Assembly: GCA_002779075.1 (NCBI GenBank)
Contig: PEXK01000020.1
Location: forward strand, 1-7,874
Length of the DNA: 7,874 nucleotides
Reading direction: 5' to 3'
Source of the DNA: Candidatus Diapherotrites archaeon CG08_land_8_20_14_0_20_30_16
GTDB lineage: Archaea > Iainarchaeota > Iainarchaeia > Iainarchaeales > 0-14-0-20-30-16
How positions within the stretch are numbered: position 1 is the first letter of the stretch; every line of letters begins with the position of its first letter. Of the stretch, positions 1 through 6,351 are shown one piece after another. The notes below the pieces were generated by a model. That model was not told where the DNA came from, did not search any database, and was given only the letters and a program-made list of their open reading frames with translations. Made by a program: the position numbers and the translations under genes.

Positions 1-226
1 TTAACACCTGAACTGCACGTCTTACATCAGGATATTTCTTACCTAAAACTGATCCACGAATAGTACAACTCAAATCTGAATATTCTTTTGGTAAATCTCT
101 AATGATAGCAGAATCTGTTTCTCTTAACACCTGAACTGCACGTCTTACATCAGGATATTTCTTGACTAAAACTAATCCACGAATGGTACCACTCAAATCT
201 GAATATTCTTTGGGCAAATCTTTTAT
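1..226 (-). repeat. Tandem direct repeat with a 123-bp period (41 codons, in frame) inside the 1-625 CDS. At least 2 copies are present and copy 1 is cut by the window edge.
   Basis: Positions 1-100 align with 124-223 with 8 mismatches in about 100 nt. The first 40 nt (1-40 vs 124-163) are identical. Similarity is lost after about 100 nt of each unit. Confidence 0.9.
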
Positions 227-625
227 TTCTTCATTTATTTCTAAAACTTGAAAAGGCGACATACCTAATTTCAATACAGATTCTGGATTCTTTTGAGTCT
301 TTAATAATTCAAACTCTGACCTTAAATGATCTACAGTATCTCTAAAATAAGCAGGATCTTTAAATTTGTTCCCAAATAATATTTTTGCTTTTCTTAATCC
401 TTGCAAAACATATCTTCTTTCAACATCTGATTTTATGCCTAAAGATTCTAAAACAAATAACATATCTCTTGATGATTTGCCAATATTTTTTGGTGCTCTT
501 TTTTTTCTTTCAACTAAAGAATCAAAAACCTTATTTGTTATTTGTGATCGTGGTTTTTCACGTGCTTTTAATAACTGTAAAAATCTTTGTCGTTCTAGGA
601 AAATTGATTTTGATACTTTTGGCAT
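1..625 (-). CDS. Hypothetical cytoplasmic protein with a 41-aa tandem repeat (HEAT/PBS-like '..YPDVRRAVQVL..' signature). The 5' end is complete and the 3' end runs off the window.
   Basis: This ORF is missing from the supplied track because it has no stop inside the window. Manual reverse-strand translation from the ATG (complement of 623-625) gives 208 open codons down to position 2: MPKVSKSIFLERQRFLQLLKAREKPRSQ...DLPKEYSDLSGTIRGLVLVKKYPDVRRAVQVLRETDSAIIRDLPKEYSDLSCTIRGSVLGKKYPDVRRAVQVL. An in-frame TGA lies 4 codons upstream of the ATG. No TM segment is visible. The plus-strand ORFs 366-671 and 385-654 are F/L-rich antisense shadows. Confidence 0.7.
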   Translation of the reverse strand, partial: MPKVSKSIFLERQRFLQLLKAREKPRSQITNKVFDSLVERKKRAPKNIGKSSRDMLFVLESLGIKSDVERRYVLQGLRKAKILFGNKFKDPAYFRDTVDHLRSEFELLKTQKNPESVLKLGMSPFQVLEINEEIKDLPKEYSDLSGTIRGLVLVKKYPDVRRAVQVLRETDSAIIRDLPKEYSDLSCTIRGSVLGKKYPDVRRAVQVL

Positions 626-667
626 ATTATCACTTCAAAAATCAAATATATTAAGTAATTACAATTT

Positions 668-1678
668 TTAATCACATTTTTCTATTGGTAAATAAGATAT
701 TGCGTATTTAGCAGATTCTGGTTCAACAGCCTGTCCTTTTGCATTCCAAACATCACTGCAATATGTTGCTAAAGTGCAGCCTTCACAATAATTGTAAACA
801 ACACACTTGTTTTTTTCATAATTTTTGTATTTCTTTTCAGATGTTGTTGACTTGCAGTCAATTTTCTGATAATCTTCATTCTGCTGAACATCAACAGCCT
901 GCACTTTAAACTGGGCAGGCAAAATTAAATTGAGATAAGGATTAACACCTAATTGCATAACTGCCTGCAAAATCAGTTTTTCACCAGCTTTCGGAATATC
1001 AAATTTCACATTAGGCAGAGCTTTTGAATCAAATGAATATATAGCATCAGAAAAAATATCTTTTGTTTGTTTCAAGTAACTCAAACTATCTTTTGAAACA
1101 GTTTGATTCTTTTCATTGTTTAAAACAAATATTTTGTAAGTATAACCTACAGGAAGAGTTTTTATATTTGTATTTAATATGTGTTCTCCTTGCAACTCCT
1201 GAGAATTAAAGGTGTGGAGATCATAATTCAATAAGACTAATTTAGAACCAAATAAGATACCACAGAATAAATCATTATTTTCTAATATATTATTAAGATC
1301 AGGATATTCTGTTAATAATATTCCGGGATAACAAATAACGCAGAAATCCAATTGCTTAAAATTTTCTTTTGCTAAAAAAGAAAAACCATTCTCTTTAGGG
1401 ATCAATTCAAAATTTTTATTATTACCAGAAAACCAAACAAATATCTTCAAATCCTTCAAATAGGTAGCCCCAATAAGATTATTAGTAGTTAAAAAATCCC
1501 CTTTTTTAATATCTACTTTACTGCAAGTAGGTTCACCAGCTTTAAATGTTGCAGATTTTAATGTTTTTGATATTTCCAAATAATGATCTGAAGATTTAAA
1601 AACAAAAAGTGTTAATATAATATATAGAAGCACACCAAAAACAATTGCAGCAATCAAAAGCTTAAATATATTATTCAT
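668..1678 (-). CDS. Signal-anchored (type II) Cys-rich extracellular protein, orphan, about 336 aa
   Basis: The track ORF 668-1696 starts at a TTG. The first ATG (complement of 1676-1678) gives MNNIFKLLIAAIVFGVLLYIILTLFVF, a single N-terminal hydrophobic helix. There are 10 Cys in total, and 6 of them lie in the last ~65 residues (DCK..KCVVYNYCEGC..YCSD..EKCD). I recognise no catalytic motif. A TATA-like TTTTTATAAT (minus strand, 1698-1707) lies 20-29 nt upstream of the ATG. Confidence 0.72.
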   Translation of the reverse strand: MNNIFKLLIAAIVFGVLLYIILTLFVFKSSDHYLEISKTLKSATFKAGEPTCSKVDIKKGDFLTTNNLIGATYLKDLKIFVWFSGNNKNFELIPKENGFSFLAKENFKQLDFCVICYPGILLTEYPDLNNILENNDLFCGILFGSKLVLLNYDLHTFNSQELQGEHILNTNIKTLPVGYTYKIFVLNNEKNQTVSKDSLSYLKQTKDIFSDAIYSFDSKALPNVKFDIPKAGEKLILQAVMQLGVNPYLNLILPAQFKVQAVDVQQNEDYQKIDCKSTTSEKKYKNYEKNKCVVYNYCEGCTLATYCSDVWNAKGQAVEPESAKYAISYLPIEKCD

Positions 1679-1726
1679 ATATAGAAAAATATGCAAAATT
1701 ATAAAAAGCCACTCCTAAACTTTTGT

Positions 1727-2974
1727 TTAATCAAGCTTTCCAATATATCTTCTGCCTACACCCTGCAATTTTTTACTTTGTTGATAATGATTCAAAAAAT
1801 CACTTAAACCCATATTATAAGCCTTGCAGGCATCATCGTAATCAGTGTCAATAACTTCATAATAATACTTAAATATTAAAGTGCCAACAAGTATATTGTA
1901 ATAGGGATTATACAATTCTTTTTCTTTAATTTTCATACCTATTATTCTTTCTAAACCATCTATTAAAACATCAACTTCTTTAAGTGCTATTGGCCTTACC
2001 TGCATTAATCCTATTGCTCCACTTCTTCTGTTTACTGCGTTATATTTGAAACCAGACTCAACATCAATTAATCTTAAAACAAATTTAGAATCCAAATCTA
2101 AATAACCACAAAGAAATTCAACAAAATTTGCAATCTCTTCTTTTTGTTTTTCAAATGACAGTTTAGCAAATTGTTCTGAAGTTAAAATAGAATATCTTTC
2201 AATTGAAACAATTAAATCTTTCATTATTGTTTTTGCTCTTGCAAATGCTTTTTGTCTATCAAATCCAGTAAAATAATCAGCTTCAGTCTTTTTCAAAAGC
2301 CTTGCAATTTTCGCACGTTTTACTTCAAATTGTTTTTTTGGCAGATTCCCAAACTTATAAACAGTTAACAAACCAGGTACATCTCTAATACCTGTTTTTT
2401 TACGTATGTGTGAAAATAAAACTGCACCCAAATCCATACCCAAAAAAGGGTCATCTAAAAGGTCTTGCCTACTAATTTGTCTTCCCAAAATAGTACTCAA
2501 TGTTCTAAAATCTGCAATACCTAATGGATTCTCTAAATCAAAAGAATTGTTAAAAAAAATAAATCTAAAAAGTCTAGGATCTAAATTAGCTCTATTTGCA
2601 ACAATATCAATATAATGATCAAACAAATCCATAATTTCATATGGATATTTTTTCAAAAGAACTTTTGCTTTTAATTTGTGTAAATTTAAATCTTCTAGCT
2701 TTGACAAACTAGTCAAATCATCAAACATCTGTTTAGCTCTAAGCTCTGGATTTATTATTTGTTCTTCTAAATTTATATAACCTGCTCTTTTACTTACTAT
2801 TTCCTTCTCTGGACCTCTTCGTTCAACCAGAGCAGTTCTTTGTCTTACATCAAATGGATTAATACTCCTAGTACCCTTAATTGCATGATGGCTTATACCA
2901 ACTGCTAACCCGGCAACCAAAGCACCAGCAACAACACCTTTGGCAATTCTTCTATACTTTGGTTTAAGAGGCAT
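1727..2974 (-). CDS. Membrane-anchored lytic transglycosylase (SLT / GH23 family 1-like domain) protein, 415 aa
   Basis: The N-terminus MPLKPKYRRIAKGVVAGALVAGLAVGISHH has a positively charged start followed by one TM helix. The C-terminal region carries the SLT signature in the canonical order: LIDVESGF (catalytic Glu306, codon 2057-2059), SGAIGLMQV, YNPYYNILVGTLIFKYY, then AYNMG. Confidence 0.85.
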   Translation of the reverse strand: MPLKPKYRRIAKGVVAGALVAGLAVGISHHAIKGTRSINPFDVRQRTALVERRGPEKEIVSKRAGYINLEEQIINPELRAKQMFDDLTSLSKLEDLNLHKLKAKVLLKKYPYEIMDLFDHYIDIVANRANLDPRLFRFIFFNNSFDLENPLGIADFRTLSTILGRQISRQDLLDDPFLGMDLGAVLFSHIRKKTGIRDVPGLLTVYKFGNLPKKQFEVKRAKIARLLKKTEADYFTGFDRQKAFARAKTIMKDLIVSIERYSILTSEQFAKLSFEKQKEEIANFVEFLCGYLDLDSKFVLRLIDVESGFKYNAVNRRSGAIGLMQVRPIALKEVDVLIDGLERIIGMKIKEKELYNPYYNILVGTLIFKYYYEVIDTDYDDACKAYNMGLSDFLNHYQQSKKLQGVGRRYIGKLD

Positions 2975-3045
2975 ATCTAATTTATAAGCTCAAGGTTTAT
3001 ATAATTATCTTGGTTTTTATATATAATATCTAAATTAAATAAGTA
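2975..3045. promoter_or_regulatory. Divergent promoter region with two TATA-like boxes, one per strand
   Basis: The 71-bp spacer separates divergent start codons at 2974 (-) and 3046 (+). GGTTTATATAAT (2994-3005) lies about 26 nt from the minus-strand ATG. TTTTTATATATAAT (3014-3027) lies about 26 nt from the plus-strand ATG. This spacing fits archaeal TATA-to-TSS distances for leaderless mRNAs. TATA-like strings are common in AT-rich DNA, so this is weak evidence. Confidence 0.4.
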
Positions 3046-4308
3046 ATGCTATTTAATTTGCATCAATATATAAAATTAAACTGCCTAGTGTGTAAAGTGG
3101 TGAAGATGGAAAGGCTTGATGAAAAAAGAGGGGAATTTAATTTAAATGTATTTCAAGCAATAGATAGTGATAACACATTTGAACAATTGAAAACAGAACT
3201 TAGTATAATCAAAATGCATGCACAGAGTCTAAAGTTGGAGAATCAAACACTTTCTGCAGAAAAGGAAAAACTAGAAAAAACATTAACTGCTTTTAAAAAT
3301 ATGCCTGCAATTGTCGGCGCAATATCTGAAATTTTTATTGAAAAAAAGAGAGCAGTAATAAGAACACACACGGGAGTTACATTTTATATTAATATTCCTG
3401 AAACATTTAAAGAAAAAATAAATATTGATGATAGAGTTGTTTTAGCACAAAGTAATTTAGCAATGTTAGATGTTTTGCCACCAGAAAAAGATTATAGGGC
3501 TTTAGCTTTTGAAATAAATGAAAAACCCAATGTAAGTCTAAAAGAAATTGGCGGTTTAAAAGAAATAATTCAAGAAGTTGAAGAAACTGTTATTTTGCCA
3601 ATGACTAATCCTCAGATATTCAAAAAATTTAATGTTGAGTCACCAAAAGGGGTTTTACTTCACGGCCCGCCAGGAACTGGAAAAACAATGATTGCAAAAG
3701 CAATAGCATCAAAAACAAACTCTACTTTTATTTCTTTATCTGGTTCGGAATTAGTACATAAATATATTGGTGAAGGTGCTAAAGTTGTAAAAGATCTTTT
3801 CAAACTCGCAAAAGAAAAATCACCAACAGTTATTTTTATTGATGAAATAGATTCTGTTGCGGGATACAGAATGGAAAATACAACTGGTGCAGACAGAGAA
3901 GTAAACAGAACTATGACCCAATTATTAGTTGAAATGGATGGTTTTAAAGAAAGTGACAACATAAAAGTAATTGCAGCAACAAATAGAATAGATATTTTAG
4001 ACAAAGCAGTTCTGCGTCCAGGAAGATTTGATAGAATTGTTGAAATCTATCCCCCCAGAACTGAAGATCGAAAAGATATTTTTAATATATATTTGCAAAA
4101 AGTGCCAATGCAAAAACTGGATTTTGAAGAAATAATTGAAAAAACAGAAGGAGCAAGTGGTGCTGAGATTAAACTTATATGCAAGGAAGCAGCAATATTT
4201 GCAATAAGAGAAAACAAAAACAAAGTAACACAAAAAAACATGTTAGATGCGATAAACAAAATACTTAAAAAAAATGTTAAAGAAGAACAAAAAAGAATTT
4301 ACAGGTGA
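3046..4308 (+). CDS. pan: Proteasome-activating nucleotidase (PAN; archaeal Rpt-type AAA+ ATPase)
   Basis: A coiled-coil segment (QLKTELSIIKMHAQSLKLENQTLSAEKEKLEKTL) is followed by an OB-like segment (AIVGAISEIF..RAVIRTHTGVTFYINIP..VVLAQSNLAMLDVLP). Walker A is GPPGTGKT (3664-3687). The pore loop is KYIGEG. Walker B is VIFIDEID (DE at 3841-3846). The second region of homology with the Arg finger is ATNRIDILDKAVLRPGRFDR. The C-terminal HbYX motif is I-Y-R (4297-4305). An alternative start is M21 at 3106 (MERLDEK). Confidence 0.95.
   Translation: MLFNLHQYIKLNCLVCKVVKMERLDEKRGEFNLNVFQAIDSDNTFEQLKTELSIIKMHAQSLKLENQTLSAEKEKLEKTLTAFKNMPAIVGAISEIFIEKKRAVIRTHTGVTFYINIPETFKEKINIDDRVVLAQSNLAMLDVLPPEKDYRALAFEINEKPNVSLKEIGGLKEIIQEVEETVILPMTNPQIFKKFNVESPKGVLLHGPPGTGKTMIAKAIASKTNSTFISLSGSELVHKYIGEGAKVVKDLFKLAKEKSPTVIFIDEIDSVAGYRMENTTGADREVNRTMTQLLVEMDGFKESDNIKVIAATNRIDILDKAVLRPGRFDRIVEIYPPRTEDRKDIFNIYLQKVPMQKLDFEEIIEKTEGASGAEIKLICKEAAIFAIRENKNKVTQKNMLDAINKILKKNVKEEQKRIYR
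4303..4308 (+). promoter_or_regulatory. Shine-Dalgarno-like AGGTGA overlapping the last sense codon and stop codon of pan
   Basis: The sequence is TAC AGG TGA gatttg ATG. AGGTGA matches the complement of the archaeal/bacterial 16S 3' tail and sits 6 nt upstream of the ATG at 4315. Confidence 0.55.
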
Positions 4309-4314
4309 GATTTG

Positions 4315-4767
4315 ATGTTTATGAATAAAAAAGAATTAATGTATTTGGGAATAATTACTTTTGTGTTTTTAATTATTATTTTCATTTTGGTTTTGGTTCT
4401 ACCATTAAAACAGGATATTCCTAAAGATACAAATGATTCGAACAACCCCGATACAAATAATCAGAACCCTGCATTTGATGGCAATGTTGATCAAAAATTA
4501 GCACAGAAACAAAGTGTTGAGGATAATGCAAAAGAACTTTGCATAAAGATGTGCAAAGATTATAACAATTCAATAAGCTATAAAAAGGGGCCTTGTTTAT
4601 CTGATAATTTTGGCTTTAAACAAGAAGACTGGGTATGCGATATTGCACACGACCCAAGAACAGAAGAAGATAATGATCAAAAGAATCAATGCAAAGCATT
4701 TATTAATGTAAAAGCACATCACTTTGTTGAAGTTGATGAACGCTGTAATTTCATACGTTTATATTAA
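4315..4767 (+). CDS. Small signal-anchored Cys-rich protein, orphan, about 150 aa
   Basis: The track ORF begins at TTG 4312, and I prefer ATG 4315 (or 4321) because of the AGGTGA just upstream. There is one TM helix (LMYLGIITFVFLIIIFILVLVLPL), then an N/D/P-rich linker (DTNDSNNPDTNNQNPAFDGN), then a C-terminal domain with 6 Cys (CIKMC, GPCLSD, WVCDIAHDPR, NQC, ERC). Confidence 0.7.
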   Translation: MFMNKKELMYLGIITFVFLIIIFILVLVLPLKQDIPKDTNDSNNPDTNNQNPAFDGNVDQKLAQKQSVEDNAKELCIKMCKDYNNSISYKKGPCLSDNFGFKQEDWVCDIAHDPRTEEDNDQKNQCKAFINVKAHHFVEVDERCNFIRLY

Positions 4768-4818
4768 TCCATTAAACAAGATAATTATACTTGTTGGAAA
4801 AAAGAGAGTGATCTTAAA

Positions 4819-5040
4819 ATGACAAAATACAAATTTGAACACATAGTTTCTGATTGTATAAGCTGTGGCGCCTGTGCATCATTATTGCCTAAGTATTGGG
4901 CAATGCAAGGCCAAAAAGCAAAATTGACAAAGAAAGACATTGATGACAAAGATTTAAATAGTGCAAAAGAATGCAGAGATGTATGTCCTGTTACTTGCAT
5001 AAAAATCAAGGATGAAAAAGGAAAAGAATTGAAGGATTAA
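4819..5040 (+). CDS. Small single-cluster [4Fe-4S]/[3Fe-4S]-type ferredoxin, 73 aa
   Basis: The motifs are CISCGAC (CxxCxxC) near the N-terminus and a distal ECRDVCPVTC (C..CP), which is the pattern of monocluster ferredoxins. An SD-like GTGATC (4808-4813) lies 5 nt upstream of the ATG. Confidence 0.78.
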   Translation: MTKYKFEHIVSDCISCGACASLLPKYWAMQGQKAKLTKKDIDDKDLNSAKECRDVCPVTCIKIKDEKGKELKD

Positions 5041-5042
5041 TT

Positions 5043-5723
5043 ATGGTTAAATTAGTTTTGATTAGACATGGAGAATCAGTTTGGAATAAATTAAATGAAT
5101 TTACTGGCTGGGTAGATGTTCCTTTGAGTAATAAAGGAATAAAACAAGCAATTAATGCAGGAAAAATTCTGCACAAAATAAAGATAAAATTTGATTCTAT
5201 TTACACTTCTGAATTAGTAAGAGCACATCAAACTCTCTTCCATATACTGGAACAAATGCATTTAGAAACTGTTGTTTACCATGTTGATGACCCGGAATTA
5301 GAAAAAATGGCTAGTCATCACATACAGGACAAGGAATTACCCATATACAAAACTATTGCGTTGAATGAAAGACATTATGGCGATTTACAAGGTCAAAACA
5401 AAGATGAAATGAGGAAAAAATATGGAAAAGAACAAGTCGAAATTTGGAGAAGAAGTTACAATACAAAACCTCCGCACGGGGAGTCTTTAGAAGACACCCT
5501 ACACAGAACATTGCCTTATTTTAAAAAATTTATTTTGCCAGAATTAATAAAGGGACGGAATGTTTTGATTGTTGCTCATGGTAACAGTCAGAGAGCAATA
5601 ACAAAATATCTGGAACACATTAGTGACAAAGAAATTCCAAAATATGAAATTCCTTTGGGCTTGCCAATAGTTTATGATTTGGATAAAAAAATGAAAATAA
5701 AAAACAAACTGATTCTGAAATAA
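5043..5723 (+). CDS. gpmA: 2,3-bisphosphoglycerate-dependent phosphoglycerate mutase (histidine phosphatase superfamily, dPGM)
   Basis: The N-terminus LVLIRHGESVWNKLNEFTGWVDVPLSNKGIKQA carries the dPGM RHGES-WN-N-FTGW signature. NERHYGDLQG, EIWRRSY and VAHGNSQRA (second catalytic His) are also present. The start lies 2 nt after the ferredoxin stop, with AGGA 6 nt upstream. Confidence 0.92.
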   Translation: MVKLVLIRHGESVWNKLNEFTGWVDVPLSNKGIKQAINAGKILHKIKIKFDSIYTSELVRAHQTLFHILEQMHLETVVYHVDDPELEKMASHHIQDKELPIYKTIALNERHYGDLQGQNKDEMRKKYGKEQVEIWRRSYNTKPPHGESLEDTLHRTLPYFKKFILPELIKGRNVLIVAHGNSQRAITKYLEHISDKEIPKYEIPLGLPIVYDLDKKMKIKNKLILK

Positions 5724-6347
5724 TTATTTAGAATATACAACAGCATTTAAATTGCCAACAGAATTACTTTTAATATCCTTTAATTCTTTTTTATATTTAA
5801 TTATTGGATTAAATTTATGTGTTTTAAGAACACTAGTTATTTCTTTTACAGTTACAGGAGTATAATTGTCCTTAATTTCATCTTTAATAGAAAATCCTTT
5901 TCCTAAATTTTTAAAATCTTTTTTAGGAATCTCTTGTTCTAAAATAATTATATAATCTTCAGTTATTTTTGCTGTTTTTTTCAAACAGTTTTTCCAATCT
6001 TTCAAAAACGGAATAGTTAATATAAGATAAGTTGCATTTACTTTTTTATTGAAATCAAAACTTTCAAAATCTTTACAAAAACATTTAATTCTTTTATCTT
6101 TACATTTAAAATTAGAAATCATTTCCTTGCTAGGTTCAACACCATAAACTTTTTTTGTTTTATATGATAAATAACCTTTGCAAGTTAGCCCAGAACCTAT
6201 TCCAACATCTAATATAACCTCTGGTTCTATATTAAATTCTTTTTGTAATTTCTTTAATTCTGAAATAACTATTTTACTTTGCCCATTTTTTTGCATTATG
6301 TTCTTGTACTCTTTAGCAATATAATCAAATAATGGCTTTTTTAACAT
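5724..6347 (-). CDS. Class I SAM-dependent methyltransferase, substrate unknown, about 207 aa
   Basis: Motif I is VILDVGIGSGLT and the post-I acidic strand is KVYGVEPSKEMI. The track ORF extends to 6413, but that start overlaps tdk by 62 nt. The internal ATG (complement of 6345-6347; MLKKPLFDYIAKEY) lies 4 nt after the tdk stop and is preceded by GTGA. Confidence 0.78.
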   Translation of the reverse strand: MLKKPLFDYIAKEYKNIMQKNGQSKIVISELKKLQKEFNIEPEVILDVGIGSGLTCKGYLSYKTKKVYGVEPSKEMISNFKCKDKRIKCFCKDFESFDFNKKVNATYLILTIPFLKDWKNCLKKTAKITEDYIIILEQEIPKKDFKNLGKGFSIKDEIKDNYTPVTVKEITSVLKTHKFNPIIKYKKELKDIKSNSVGNLNAVVYSK

Positions 6348-6351
6348 ATTT

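Noticed and set aside
1-246. Diversity-generating retroelement (TR/VR pair) as an explanation for the two ~100-nt near-identical repeats
   Set aside because: DGR mutagenesis predicts that the mismatches fall at adenines of one copy on one strand. Here the 8 mismatches read a/g, c/a, g/a, a/g, a/c, t/g, t/c, c/t on the plus strand. They are not adenine-specific in either copy or orientation. No reverse transcriptase gene is present in the window.
1-246. CRISPR array
   Set aside because: The units are contiguous 123-bp repeats with no unique spacers, they are in frame within a CDS, and there are no cas genes.
366-671. Plus-strand ORFs 366-671 (101 aa) and 385-654 (89 aa)
   Set aside because: Both start at non-ATG codons and encode low-complexity F/L/I-rich peptides. 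Both lie fully antisense to a 208-codon open reading frame on the minus strand that has a clean ATG and an in-frame repeat structure. They are typical shadow ORFs of AT-rich DNA.
2406-2615. Plus-strand ORF of 69 aa inside the SLT gene
   Set aside because: It is antisense to a motif-supported 415-aa CDS and has no motif or start-site context of its own.
3660-4259. Minus-strand ORFs 3660-4004, 3997-4233 and 4047-4259
   Set aside because: All are antisense to the strongly supported PAN AAA+ domain. Their products are S/F/I-rich with no recognisable features.
4775-4795. Hairpin AACAAG-N9-CTTGTT after the small Cys-rich gene as a terminator
   Set aside because: The stem is only 6 bp and AT-rich, with a 9-nt loop and no following T-tract. 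It could easily arise by chance and also overlaps a possible TATA-like ATAATTATA for the ferredoxin gene.
4785-5009. Minus-strand ORF of 74 aa
   Set aside because: It is antisense to the ferredoxin CDS. The ferredoxin has the CxxCxxC...CP cluster motif and an SD-like GTGATC upstream. The antisense ORF has no supporting features.
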